37,342 nt of DNA from Sanchytrium tribonematis (GCA_018985235.1 JADGIG010000029.1:1-37342); one strand, 5' to 3'; shown: positions 10,972-21,650, counted from the stretch's first letter. Made by a program: numbers and translations. The notes: generated from the letters alone by a model not told the origin.

Positions 10972-11439
10972 ATGAACGAAATTCGTGCGTTACTTTCTAA
11001 GTTGGAATTGAATCACCAAATGGAACTAAATGTATTAAAGCAGGATGTTGATAAATTAAGGCGAGAAAAGAATGATTTGGAATACAGTTTAGAAAAACAG
11101 CAAGCTCAGATTATAGAATTGGAAACTAAGCTGGACTCATATGAGGAAATGGAAGCAGAAGTTGAAAAGCTGAGAACATTTAAAGATATCATTGTCAGTA
11201 ATTTAAATGAAAATAAAGAAAATAAAAGCTCAAGAAGTCACTCAGAACCAGTTGTCAAAGATGGCTACGCAATATTCAAAAGAGCTCAAAAGGAACTAAA
11301 CAAAGAAGACTATGCACAACTTGTTAAAAACGCAAAAGAATTTAACGCTAAGGTGATTTCTAAGGATACTTTATTGAGAAATGTAAAGAATATATGTAGC
11401 CATGATTTGTATTTAGAGTTTTTAAGCATATTTAATTAG
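10972..11439 (+). CDS. Coiled-coil protein with At4g15545-like C-terminal helical domain
   Basis: Heptad-rich N-terminus. C-terminal DGYAIFKRAQKELNKEDYAQLVKNAKEFNA..DLYLEFLSIF resembles DGKEFFRQAR..L..EQF..F..N.KE.N. Confidence 0.65.
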   Translation: MNEIRALLSKLELNHQMELNVLKQDVDKLRREKNDLEYSLEKQQAQIIELETKLDSYEEMEAEVEKLRTFKDIIVSNLNENKENKSSRSHSEPVVKDGYAIFKRAQKELNKEDYAQLVKNAKEFNAKVISKDTLLRNVKNICSHDLYLEFLSIFN

Positions 11440-12362
11440 ATATCCTGAATATCAATTACAACAAATTCCTGCTCATCAGTTGTTAAATCGAAAACAGCGG
11501 AATCGTTTGAAGCGTGTTTAGCCGTAAAATACCTTTTATGAGACCAAACTTGAATACCTGGAACATAGTATAGCTCTCTGCATTTATATTTCTCATATAT
11601 TGTTAAGCTTTGAATTTGGTCTATAATGGCATCAAAGTCAATATTATCATATTGTTTCTCACTTTGTAATTTGATTGCTTTTGTAGATTCGAACAAGATG
11701 GGTTCGACATAAAGTGGTTTTTTATTCAGCCTGCCTATATTAAGTAAGAATAGAGAAAGAATGAGTATAAAAATTTCAATATGAACGTGATGGTTTTTAT
11801 AATTTTCTTGTCTGGGGGCTATTTGTATTTCTTGAGTTGAAGTATCTTTTTCTTCAGCATTAAAATTAGTATTATTAGCAGAAATAATGTTTAAAGATTT
11901 AATGTTTTCCATAGGGATTCTTGGTGGGTCGAGTAGAAGAGGCTTTTCATTAGGATAACACAACGGATAATTATTTATCAAATTGGTAATTAACGCAGTA
12001 TGTAGAGCAAGGATTCCATAATTGATTTGGTTTTGGGGAGTCGAATTATTGCTTTCATGGATTATCGTCGTTTGAATTTCAACGGTGAGATTGGAAAGTT
12101 CCGCGGCTTTATCGTCCTTCGTCTTTAAAAATTCCAAGTTTTTATCGCTAGAAGTGATTTCGATGGAAATATCAATATTATCTTGTTTAAGCACTATTCC
12201 TGCATCAACTTCAGCTAAAGAAGATACACTATAAAAACTTTCGGACGCGAAATAAGAAATAAACAGTAAATTGATTGTGACTACTCCAAACCAGAATTTC
12301 ATCAGCCACAAGTCTACAAAGATTAGTTTATACCCAATCAGAATGGATAAGTAATTCATCAA
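11436..12362 (-). CDS. Hypothetical membrane protein
   Basis: 308-aa ORF with a hydrophobic N-terminus and an internal TM segment (IEIFILILSLFLLNI). No family recognised. Its stop overlaps the convergent gene's stop. Confidence 0.65.
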   Translation of the reverse strand: MMNYLSILIGYKLIFVDLWLMKFWFGVVTINLLFISYFASESFYSVSSLAEVDAGIVLKQDNIDISIEITSSDKNLEFLKTKDDKAAELSNLTVEIQTTIIHESNNSTPQNQINYGILALHTALITNLINNYPLCYPNEKPLLLDPPRIPMENIKSLNIISANNTNFNAEEKDTSTQEIQIAPRQENYKNHHVHIEIFILILSLFLLNIGRLNKKPLYVEPILFESTKAIKLQSEKQYDNIDFDAIIDQIQSLTIYEKYKCRELYYVPGIQVWSHKRYFTAKHASNDSAVFDLTTDEQEFVVIDIQDI

Positions 12363-12386
12363 AAGAGAAGCACTGCGATTTCACTT

Positions 12387-12656
12387 ATGGTTTTTTTTTC
12401 TTCACTTCTATTAGCACAGCTACCACCTGGATTGCCAAGCATCATGGGTGGAATTGCCATCACAACCCTAACGAGTAACTCAAATATCCAGGAAGCTATA
12501 AAATGTTTTGCTATTCCCGATAATGCCTATGATTGTCTGACAAATCTATCCTATGGCCAATGTATCATTGATGCAATAACTTCCGCAGGCTCAGGAGGGA
12601 CTGATCCAAGTGCGATTCCAGGGTTGGTTGGGCAGTTTCATCAATGTATTGATTAA
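12387..12656 (+). CDS. Small secreted cysteine-containing protein
   Basis: MVFFSSLLLA-Q signal-like start, 4 Cys, AATAAA just after the stop. Confidence 0.6.
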   Translation: MVFFSSLLLAQLPPGLPSIMGGIAITTLTSNSNIQEAIKCFAIPDNAYDCLTNLSYGQCIIDAITSAGSGGTDPSAIPGLVGQFHQCID

Positions 12657-12671
12657 GGAATAAACGATTTA

Positions 12672-12890
12672 TTATTGAGCTCTTTTCAATTGTTCTTTGT
12701 CAGGATGTGAATGCGGAATTTGGTCTGCAGTTGGAATTACACTTCCTAAATCTACTTGTTTTCCCTGCTGCTGTAATACATAGTCCCCAGAGTCGAAGTA
12801 TTTTCTTTCTTTTAATTTCTTTTTAGCTAAAGCGTTTTTGTTCGGCAATTCTCCATAGAGAGACTTCAGCTTTGCTTCTTGATTTTCCAT
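12672..12890 (-). CDS. Endosulfine/ARPP-19 (Igo1-like) PP2A inhibitor
   Basis: KLKSLYGELP and the diagnostic RKYFDSGDY motif. Confidence 0.92.
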   Translation of the reverse strand: MENQEAKLKSLYGELPNKNALAKKKLKERKYFDSGDYVLQQQGKQVDLGSVIPTADQIPHSHPDKEQLKRAQ

Positions 12891-13052
12891 GTAAAACGAT
12901 GTTACAACTTTGAGATTAATTTTTGAAAGTTTAACAAGTCACATAAAATGAACGACATGTGATTTTTAACTTTCGAACTCTATAATTAGAGCAAATTTCT
13001 AAGGTGCTCTCGAAGCTGAATATAATAGAACGATTACATAGCATAAATTATT

Positions 13053-13862
13053 TTATTTTCCATGAAAATGGGACTGAAAAAAAGCAAGTGCTTTCTCAAA
13101 AGCCTTTTCTTTAGCAAGGCGTTGCTCTTCAATAGTAGTGTTTGCTCTAACAGCAAACCCATGGTGATTGTCAAATATTTCAAAGCTGATATCAGATCTC
13201 CCATTCGCAAATTTCTGAAGCTCAGCTATTTGCACGTCTTTTAAATTCATATCATTTTTAATTAAAAGTCCCAAAAATGGCGTTTTAAAATCTCGTCTGA
13301 ACAAATTGATGTCAAAAGTACCAGGATGTGCTATACTAATAGCGTTAGCAATTTTCGTTCCTGAAATATCAAAGCCAATAGTTCCTCCGTAACAGTATCC
13401 TTGGTAACCTACAAATTCGTAACCTTCCTCACGTAACTGTTCTGAAATTTTAATAAAAATTAGATGTTTTGAGCTTGGTGGATGTTTGTACATAAAAAAT
13501 GGGAAAAACGGGAGAAATGCCAAAAGAGCCCATGACTTCTTACCATAATTAATCAACTGTTCGGCAAATGAAGTTGGCTTCTTTAAACCAATATCCAACA
13601 AAGGATCAATGTTTTCAGCCTTGAAGGCACCCTCGTTAAACAAATCTGGAATAATAACTAGAAAACCATGCTTGGCAAACTCATCCGCGATTAATTGAAT
13701 ATTGTTTAAGCGATAGCCAAAAATATCAGTCCCAATCATGATCGCCTTTTTCCCCACTTCTTTTGGCTTCGAGATATACGCTGGTTGATTTGCGTAATTC
13801 CCAAACTCGCCGCTTGATTTACCAGTCTCTAAATATCCTTCACAACAAGCAGGAGATGTCAT
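13053..13862 (-). CDS. Dienelactone hydrolase family protein
   Basis: CCEG N-terminus, TDIFG, IPDLF, nucleophile motif GYCYGG, HGFAVR. Start placed at MTSPACC. Confidence 0.9.
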   Translation of the reverse strand: MTSPACCEGYLETGKSSGEFGNYANQPAYISKPKEVGKKAIMIGTDIFGYRLNNIQLIADEFAKHGFLVIIPDLFNEGAFKAENIDPLLDIGLKKPTSFAEQLINYGKKSWALLAFLPFFPFFMYKHPPSSKHLIFIKISEQLREEGYEFVGYQGYCYGGTIGFDISGTKIANAISIAHPGTFDINLFRRDFKTPFLGLLIKNDMNLKDVQIAELQKFANGRSDISFEIFDNHHGFAVRANTTIEEQRLAKEKAFEKALAFFQSHFHGK

Positions 13863-13901
13863 AAGGAGAAGCTTGAAAATGTGAAACATAGTCGAATTTC
13901 A

Positions 13902-15690
13902 ATGCAGCAAGAACTTACTTTGGAAACGAAAGAAGAGAGCAAATCAAATATAAAAGTTCTACCCACTGAGAATTTAAGCAAATATAAATTGCACTCTAAA
14001 AGTGGAAAAATATATATAGAGAATGAATTGATTTATGATGGATTAAATCGAATAGATTCTTGTTATATAGACGGATTAATTGGAAAAATTAGTTTGATGG
14101 GGGTTGACCTTCTTCTTTGTATTGTGGATGTAGAAACCTCGGGCCCTATCTCTCGGATAAAAAAAGTTTTGGTGTTGCCTTTAAGTCCCAATATATCCTT
14201 ACATATTCATCAATTTCCAAAATCCATGCTTCCAATTTCATCAAAACTCGATTCTTCCAAACCTCCAAATATGAATAAAATTGATCAGGAAATTATTGTA
14301 GCAACGGAAGTTAAAACTACTGAGCCCGTGAGCGAGAAGAAAAAATCATTATATGACCTTGCGAATTCTACTCTGACCACTATACAACCAACTTTTAAGG
14401 CAGGAGTGGTATCCGCAACAAAAATATTAAGAGATACGAATCGGATGGTCAGTGATCTTACATTTGACGATATCATTAATAGCATATGTGATTTATTTTC
14501 AAATGGAACTTTTTATTACAGTGACACCTATGAATTATTCAATGACCAAAGTGCATTTGTGTTTAATAATCATATTTTTTCTAATCTTGGGGATCTTGAT
14601 CATTTCGGGAAACGGATTTTGCAAGGAAGTGTTCAGCTACATGACTTAAAAATTGATGCGATAGACATGCAATTAGTCTTAATTTCTAGAAGAAGTAGAC
14701 ATCGAAATGGCCTTCGTTATCAGAAAAGGGGCGTAGATGAGGTGGGACATGTCGCAAATTATGTTGAAACAGTTCAAAAATTAAGCACCACAATAAACAA
14801 ACAGAGACATTTGTTCACGTACACACAAATTCGAGGAAGCGTTCCTTTATTTTGGCAGCAAGAAAATGGAGTTAAACCATTGCCAAAATTAAAAGAAGAT
14901 TATACTACTGTGGAACAACAAGCAGCAATGTCAATTCATCTTGAGAAATTAAAGCAGAAATTTAAAGAAATCACTTTACTAAGTTTGGTTGAACTTCAAG
15001 GAAAAGAAGGGGTCCTAGGAATTGCTTTCCAAGATATTTATAACCAATTGTCGCCAGCAATCAAAGATCAAACCAAGTACTTTAAGATAATGTAGATTAA
15101 TATCTTGGGACTTTCACGCCCACTGTCCTGGGACGAATTATTCTGCGGTTCACGAACTTATTGAGCAAATGTCGGAAATTATTCAGAAAAGTCAATACTT
15201 TTGGTCCGCAACGTCTGAATACTCTAGCGCGTCTGACACGGTGTCTCCTAGATACTCACCGAAATCTCCGACGTTGTCAGACGCCACTAACGTCACAAAC
15301 GCAATTTTGAAGCAGCAAATGTCTATCATTAGAACAAATTGCATGGATTGCCTTGATCGAACCAATGTTATCCAAACTCAAATTGCTTGGGTCGTTTTGA
15401 CTAATCAATTTTTAAAATTAGGAGTTCAACTCCATGAATATCCTGAATTGTCTCAAATATTTAAAAATATGTGGGCGGACAACGGAGACCAAATCTCAAG
15501 GTGTTATGCAGGAACAAATGCCATGAAAAACGATTTCACAAGGAATGGTCAACGAGATATAACTGGTTTTGCGAAAGATGCTAGCTCCAGTGTCCAAAGA
15601 CTGTATTTGAATTATGTACGAGACGGCTATACTCAAAAACTTTTAGATGTGCTACAAGGATTAGAATCGTCGGAAATACTGTTTAAATAA
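13902..15690 (+). CDS. Sac-domain phosphoinositide phosphatase, INPP5F/Sac2-like; join(13902..15076,15096..15690), 589 aa
   Basis: SRRSRHRNGLRYQKRGVD..ANYVET, RGSVPLFWQQ, catalytic CMDCLDRTN, WADNGD. Splicing restores ISWDFHAHC. No Sac1-type C-terminal TM segments. Confidence 0.88.
15077..15095 (+). other. 19-nt spliceosomal intron
   Basis: GTACTTTAAGATAATGTAG. Removal fuses two ORFs in frame and restores the conserved (F/W)DFH motif. Confidence 0.92.
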
Positions 15691-15777
15691 ATTAGTTTAG
15701 ACGATCTGAAATTTCTGCCAAGACTGCCGTCGTGACGTTTTTCTAATTCGAGAAATTACGTCAAAAGTTTATTACAC

Positions 15778-15984
15778 ATGACAAATTTTAAAAGATTTGA
15801 TTTATTTGGGATTTTGAATTAGTTTAAAACTAGACTCTCCGTTTAGGATAAACCAAAAATTTGTTGAGAGAAGACGGAATTGAGTCACAAGATCTGATTG
15901 GACGTTCCACGAAGCTCACGTGTTTGGTATCGCGCTAGGAGTGTTTTCTATTTATAACTGTGAAACTGAACCCATTTATAAATA
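15778..15984 (+). promoter_or_regulatory. Putative regulatory leader/promoter of SAM decarboxylase
   Basis: Short uORF 15778-15822, hairpin 15833-15886, TGAGTCA at 15881, ATTGG at 15897, TCACGTG at 15916. Confidence 0.35.
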
Positions 15985-17088
15985 ATGAATTTTTTTCAAG
16001 ACGCAATCATCTTTGAAGGTGCTGAAAAATTGTTAGAAATCCAATTAAATCAAAATTCGGTATTCAATTTGAGACAAATCATGGATTGGCAGGATATGTT
16101 GCTCGAAGCCAACTGCACAATTATCAGTTCAATCAGTGGTGATACTACGGATGCCTATGTACTTAGTGAAAGTTCGCTTTTTGTATCTGAACATAAATTA
16201 ATTGTAAAAACTTGTGGGTGCACAACATTATTGAAAATCCTACCAAAATTTTTGTCTATTGCTTATTTTTTAGGATACAACGAAATGCAATTATTTTATA
16301 GTCGGAAGTGTTACCTTGCGCCTGAACTTCAAGTCGAAATGCATACTAATTGGGACAATGAAGTTGCATATTTAGACAACTTTTTGAATGGTAGTGCTTA
16401 TACATTTGGCAGTACCAACAAAAGCCATCACTGGTATCTTTACGCAAGTGAATGGATAAACATAAAAGATATACCTAATATTTTAAAGAAGCAATACTTA
16501 ATTAAAAGTCCACGGCTAACTAGTCTCCCCAATAGACAGCCTGGTGACCAAACTTTAGAAATATTAATGACACATTTGGATATTGATGCCTGTAGGCAAT
16601 TTTACTACCCAAGACACGATAGCAGTATCGATCTGCTTGAGGCAGATATTAAAAATCCACAACATGAAACAATTAGAAAGCTTGTTGACAATTTGAAGCC
16701 GACAAACCACATAATGGATGGATATTCATTTAAACCATGCGGGTTTAGCTCAAACCATCTTTTACAATATCCATATCAGGAATATTATTGCACGCTTCAT
16801 ATAACTCCTGAAGCTCACTGTTCCTACGCTAGCTTAGAAACGAATGTACATACTGATGTTTTAGAAGGCAGTAGTTTATGCGAGTCATACACAAGTGAAT
16901 CTGATGATTTGCACGCTAATTTGATAAAGAAAACGTTAGATCTTTTTAAACCAAAAGAAGTCATCATCACCTGGTTTTGTGATCGAATGACTTCTCTAGA
17001 TATATGCACTGATTATAAAGTGGTGGATGTTGTAGAGAGTATCGTCAAAACCCACCAAGTAACATATATAAGCTTGCAACGCGAATAA
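15985..17088 (+). CDS. SPE2: S-adenosylmethionine decarboxylase proenzyme
   Basis: FEGAEKLLEI, self-cleavage site YVLSE-SSLFV, KTCGCTT, FKPCGFSSN, TLHITPE. Confidence 0.95.
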   Translation: MNFFQDAIIFEGAEKLLEIQLNQNSVFNLRQIMDWQDMLLEANCTIISSISGDTTDAYVLSESSLFVSEHKLIVKTCGCTTLLKILPKFLSIAYFLGYNEMQLFYSRKCYLAPELQVEMHTNWDNEVAYLDNFLNGSAYTFGSTNKSHHWYLYASEWINIKDIPNILKKQYLIKSPRLTSLPNRQPGDQTLEILMTHLDIDACRQFYYPRHDSSIDLLEADIKNPQHETIRKLVDNLKPTNHIMDGYSFKPCGFSSNHLLQYPYQEYYCTLHITPEAHCSYASLETNVHTDVLEGSSLCESYTSESDDLHANLIKKTLDLFKPKEVIITWFCDRMTSLDICTDYKVVDVVESIVKTHQVTYISLQRE

Positions 17089-17135
17089 ATTTTTTTCCAA
17101 TTCAAAGAGAGATGGCTTGATTTCATTTCACAACA

Positions 17136-17396
17136 ATGGACAATTTTGCTGGAGAGACTGCTGAAATTATCAGAAAATGGGACTCGGATCCAACAATTGA
17201 ATTGAAATACGATACCAAAACATTTGAACGAAAACAGAGGAACTTTAAATCAAAGTTAAATCAAGTGGATCTCGTTCACTCGATTTCAAGTGAGAGACTG
17301 GCAAGAACTAATTCTCTACGTTCTCTAACTGCTCAGGATTCTGCAACCTCTAAAAGATCCAACAGTTTTCTGCAAAAATTAATAAAAAGAACTTGA
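17136..17396 (+). CDS. Hypothetical protein (86 aa)
   Basis: ATG-initiated ORF that fills the gap between two genes. No family recognised. Confidence 0.55.
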   Translation: MDNFAGETAEIIRKWDSDPTIELKYDTKTFERKQRNFKSKLNQVDLVHSISSERLARTNSLRSLTAQDSATSKRSNSFLQKLIKRT

Positions 17397-17412
17397 AATT
17401 CTTATATATTCT

Positions 17413-18441
17413 TTATTCACTAAAAACTAGCATCGGTTGAAAGGTCTGACTCCCTACAGTTTGTCTAAATGATGACAACTTGGATGTGATGTTTTTTCTT
17501 TCCATCCTGCTGACTAATCCATTTTCAAGTCCAATGTCTTTGAAATCGCTTCCATAAACACTATCATTGTACTCTAAATGTGTTAATGGTAATTTGTGAG
17601 TCTGTCTTAGCTTAATTTGATCTTTTAATGTCCTTGCCTCCGTTACACTTGCATCTTTTGTAGTGAAATCGGAATCATAACTTGAATTTCCGGACAAAGA
17701 GCTAATTGGTGGAATGGTGTATTTAGCTTTAACATGGTCCACTTTATATGATTGATCTGGGTACTTTTTAAATGAATCGTCATAGCTAGAAACTCCTTGA
17801 AGTTTTTCAGGCTTGATTGGTTTCTCTAGTGGTTTTAAGGATTTGACACGATCAGTGGGGGTATATTTAAATTCAGAGTAAACAGTTGAGGCTACAAATT
17901 TATCACCATTAACAGTTTTTTTGTATGAAGAAAGTTTTTCCATCAATTTCCTTCTTTCGAATCTACTTTTATCGCCATTTTCTAGTCCAAAAGACACGTA
18001 GTCATTTCCGTATAATGAATTTGTAAATTCAAGATGATTTGGCTTTAGTCTGTGAGTCTGATTGTCTTTGAATTGTCTCATTAATGTTCTTGCGTCCCCA
18101 TTCATGGCAATGGGTTTGAATTCAGAAACATATCCGGATTCACCTTCAAATTTACTATCAGGTTGTTTTGGATATTGCTTTTTGACATGTTGAACCAAGT
18201 AACTTTCATTTGAAAACCCTTTAAAACTCTCATCATAGGTTGAGGTAGTATTTAAAAGGTTTTCGTAAAGGTATGGCTTAACAGGCGGTTTAAGCGGTGC
18301 AACTCTTCCAGTAGGTCTATATTGATAGTCAGTAGTGTAGCTACTGGTGATGGCTGGTAGTTGAGGCTTCCCTACTTTTAGAATCTTTTTAGAAGCGCTT
18401 CCCAGAGTGCTGGCCATAAAATTTACGGGGGATAATCCCAT
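17413..18441 (-). CDS. SAXO/STOP-like microtubule-binding repeat protein with ~150-aa internal duplication
   Basis: Recurrent (T/S)(S/T)YxxxF/Y motifs (TSSYTTDY, TSTYDESF, FEGESGYVSEF, VSSYDDSF, NSSYDSDF). The two halves align (QTHRL/QTHKL, GLENG twice). Confidence 0.6.
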   Translation of the reverse strand: MGLSPVNFMASTLGSASKKILKVGKPQLPAITSSYTTDYQYRPTGRVAPLKPPVKPYLYENLLNTTSTYDESFKGFSNESYLVQHVKKQYPKQPDSKFEGESGYVSEFKPIAMNGDARTLMRQFKDNQTHRLKPNHLEFTNSLYGNDYVSFGLENGDKSRFERRKLMEKLSSYKKTVNGDKFVASTVYSEFKYTPTDRVKSLKPLEKPIKPEKLQGVSSYDDSFKKYPDQSYKVDHVKAKYTIPPISSLSGNSSYDSDFTTKDASVTEARTLKDQIKLRQTHKLPLTHLEYNDSVYGSDFKDIGLENGLVSRMERKNITSKLSSFRQTVGSQTFQPMLVFSE

Positions 18442-18505
18442 TTATAGAAAAACGGCTTAGCCAATCAGATAATGCAAAATTAGATTTGAATCTCAGAAGT
18501 GTTTA

Positions 18506-19180
18506 TTAAATGACAAATGGTACTTTATAGTCTCTTTCACGCAACGAATCAATCACATCTGCATCTGCTCCATTCTGTAGAAGCTTTTTTATGACTTGCA
18601 AGTACTTTTCGTCTTTTTGCTTGACATATTGATAAGTGGATAAAAACAAGGCATGATTATCTAAAGCATTCACATTAGCACCTTGGGATATCAAAAAATT
18701 AACAATGTCAACGTGTCCTTGATAACAGGCCCATCTTAGACAATAATTTTGCATTGAATGTATATTTGCGCCATGTTTTGTAAGAAGAAGGACAACCTCA
18801 TATTGTCCATTGTAACAAGCTAGATGCAGTGCATGATTTCTCATTGCATTAACATCGGCACCTCTTTTAACGATCATTTCAACGGATTCCATGTATCCCA
18901 TTGACGCACTGAAGCGTAAAGAAAAATAATCATCTACACTAAAATTAGAATTATTTTTGACAAGAATGCTTAAAACTCGTCCATTTGTGATTAGCGGGTG
19001 GTTTTTAAGAGTAGGTTTATCTAAAGCCCTTTCTTTACCAACTTTCTGTAAGATCCAGTGTGCTTTTGTGCTATCCATTTTAGAGATAGAATAAAAATCC
19101 TTGGACACTAGCCTTAAATCTTCTGGATTAAGACTGTAAATAAAAACTAGTCTTTTTAATTCAAAAGGAAATTTCTTCAT
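18506..19180 (-). CDS. Ankyrin-repeat protein with F-box-like N-terminus
   Basis: MKKFPFELKRLVFIY..LRLVSKDFY, followed by about 4 ankyrin repeats (ALHLACYNGQYEVVLLLTKHGA). Confidence 0.85.
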   Translation of the reverse strand: MKKFPFELKRLVFIYSLNPEDLRLVSKDFYSISKMDSTKAHWILQKVGKERALDKPTLKNHPLITNGRVLSILVKNNSNFSVDDYFSLRFSASMGYMESVEMIVKRGADVNAMRNHALHLACYNGQYEVVLLLTKHGANIHSMQNYCLRWACYQGHVDIVNFLISQGANVNALDNHALFLSTYQYVKQKDEKYLQVIKKLLQNGADADVIDSLRERDYKVPFVI

Positions 19181-19555
19181 GTTGTGATTTAGATTGAATC
19201 TGGGTTTTGTATTTCCAAAATTTCCTGACAGCCAATCAAAACCAAATATTTTGGACAAGGATTTTTGGTTTATCCAGAATTAATACTCTCGATCGTGCCA
19301 GTTAACATACACATAAACCTTAATTAATACACGTCAATCTAGATGCTTTATGAAATTATAAACATAAATTGCGATTGAACATTGTATTTGGTAAATCGTA
19401 TGACGCATATTCTGAAATTAGCATCGCCTCATTTATAGTTATAACCTTTTTCATCACCACTCAAAGTACGTGATTTCGTAGATATCAATTGCAAAGTATT
19501 GGTATAAAAATTAAAATTTTCTTTCCTTGTTTTGAGTTGAGATTTGTGAAAGGAA

Positions 19556-19783
19556 ATGGATGATTATTTAAATCCAAAGCAACACTTTATTCAGTATCAG
19601 ATTCTCGGAAAATCTGATAATAAACTAGATCTCATATATAAGCCGCAAACCACACTGGAATTTTATAAAGTATTCCCTAAACCGATTAAAAAAGTGCGGT
19701 TTGATCAGCACCTAGAAGTTCAAGAATTTTATAGGGAAGGTGACAAACCCATGAAGAAAATTCGCAAACACCAAACTTTATAA
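19556..19783 (+). CDS. Small basic hypothetical protein with PP1-docking-like KKVRF motif
   Basis: 75-aa ATG ORF containing KKVRF (RVxF class). Confidence 0.45.
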   Translation: MDDYLNPKQHFIQYQILGKSDNKLDLIYKPQTTLEFYKVFPKPIKKVRFDQHLEVQEFYREGDKPMKKIRKHQTL

Positions 19784-19819
19784 CTTTTGTGAAAATGGCA
19801 TATCGAAACGCGCTGAAAA

Positions 19820-21650
19820 ATGATAAAGAAGCAAATTAAAGCTGTCAAAGCAAACCAGCAGAGTATTATTGATGTTCCATATGATAAGATAGATAAATTA
19901 CCATCTGAACTATCAGAAATTGGAAGCCAACTCAAAGAACTATATTTGGGTGGAAATCATTTGGAAAAGGTTGACGAGGTGGGCCAACTATCATCATTAA
20001 AGGTACTATACTTGGGATTAAATAGGATATTGGAATTACCAAAACTTCAAAATGTGACAAATCTTACCCATTTAAGTTTAAATTACAATCGATTAGAAGA
20101 ATTTCCAAATGGAATAACGAGTTGTGGAAATCTCAAGTACTTGGATCTAAGTGGAAATCGGTTTAAAGAACTACCATCAAAAATTGGAATATTAACGACT
20201 TTAAGAGCATTGTATATTGGAGACAACATGATCAAGGTACTCCCAAAGGAAATAGGAAACTTGATCGTCCTAGAATCCTTAGTGATACGAGATAACGAAA
20301 TTTCATATTTGCCATCCGAAATAGGAAATTTAAAAAGATTAACACGATTTTACGCGCAGCAAAACAAACTGCAATATTTGCCAGAAGAAATCGTAAATTG
20401 CCCTTTCGACAAGCAAGGGTCAGTAGCGAGGTTTACGAAAAACCCTTTTGTACCGACACTGCAGAATGCATATGACTCCAAAGGCATTAGGGGCATCCTC
20501 GATCTATATCGATTAGGCAAATATAATCAAATTATACAAGAAGGGAAACCACTTGACAAAAAGTAAATTCTATTGACATAGTTTTCAGAAAGAGACGCCG
20601 AAAGCCAATAATGCAGTCAAGACTGCACCAATACCTCAACCACGGCCAACTGCGATTGACTCTGCCAACACTTCAAAAAATCAAGCTCAATCAGTAGAAA
20701 GTCAAATTAAATCATCACTGTCATCCAACGGTTTTCAGGAAAGTCCTTCATTAATATCACAAATCTCTTTGAGCCAATCGGAATTTCAGAAATCTAATAT
20801 TTCTATAAATGAGGATGATGTTCTTCCGGGCTCTTTAGATAAGAATTCCTCCTTTCACGCCTCCTTAAATGATATTTTAAGCTTGCAGCTGCAGAGCAAG
20901 GGAAACTCATCACAGAATTTAAACTTGAAACAATCTCCTCAGATTAATTTGATGCAGCAACCGAGAAACAATCTACAGCACCCTGCTAGCCAGCAAAACA
21001 ATAACCAACCTCAATCTCCCTTAAAGAAACGGGAGTCGAAGCCAGAGATTGAAATAAATTCAAAACAAGTCCCGAAAAAAAAGGATACTAACGCGAATAT
21101 AGCTATCATAAACACTCAAATGGCATTTGACCCGAATACTAATCAAGTGATATGCATAAATACACTCGCAAATGGCCAAATGGTAGCAGCACTGGCCACA
21201 CCTCAGCAAGTCGCTCAATATCAACAGTCACAACAACAGTCGCAACCAGCTTCACAACGGAGTAGCTACGCGCAGCAGCCCCAAAGAAATTCTGGCAGTA
21301 TCAACTCGGATTTGCCGCCTAGAAAAACATCAGAGCGACAGACCAGTTCAACAAATGATGCATCCTTACAAAGAAAACCCACAGAAAGAAAAGTTGTTGA
21401 AAGAACTTCTAGCACTCCGGATTCTTTGCAAAGAAAACCGACTGAATATAAGGCGACAAAATCAAACGAGCCAGTCAAGTCTCAAGAGCCGAAAAAATCA
21501 GACAAAGATGATAGTGGCAGGCCAGTTGATAGAATGATACAGCTCGCCAATGGTGACTTTATATCACCTCTTGATGGAGGATACCAAAAGGGCTCTATCG
21601 TCTCAAAGCGAAAAAGTTCCCTAGATGATATTTTAAATTTACCAGATTAA
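19820..21650 (+). CDS. RSU1: Ras suppressor-1-like LRR protein with long disordered C-tail; join(19820..20562,20582..21650), 603 aa
   Basis: LTTLRALYIGDN..LPKEIG..IRDNE..LP.EIG.L..NPFV closely follows animal RSU1 (LTTLRALYLSDN..LRDND..NPWV). A 19-nt intron joins it to the downstream ORF with no stops. Confidence 0.75.
20563..20581 (+). other. 19-nt spliceosomal intron
   Basis: GTAAATTCTATTGACATAG. Removal puts the LRR domain in frame with the open frame running to 21650. Confidence 0.85.
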
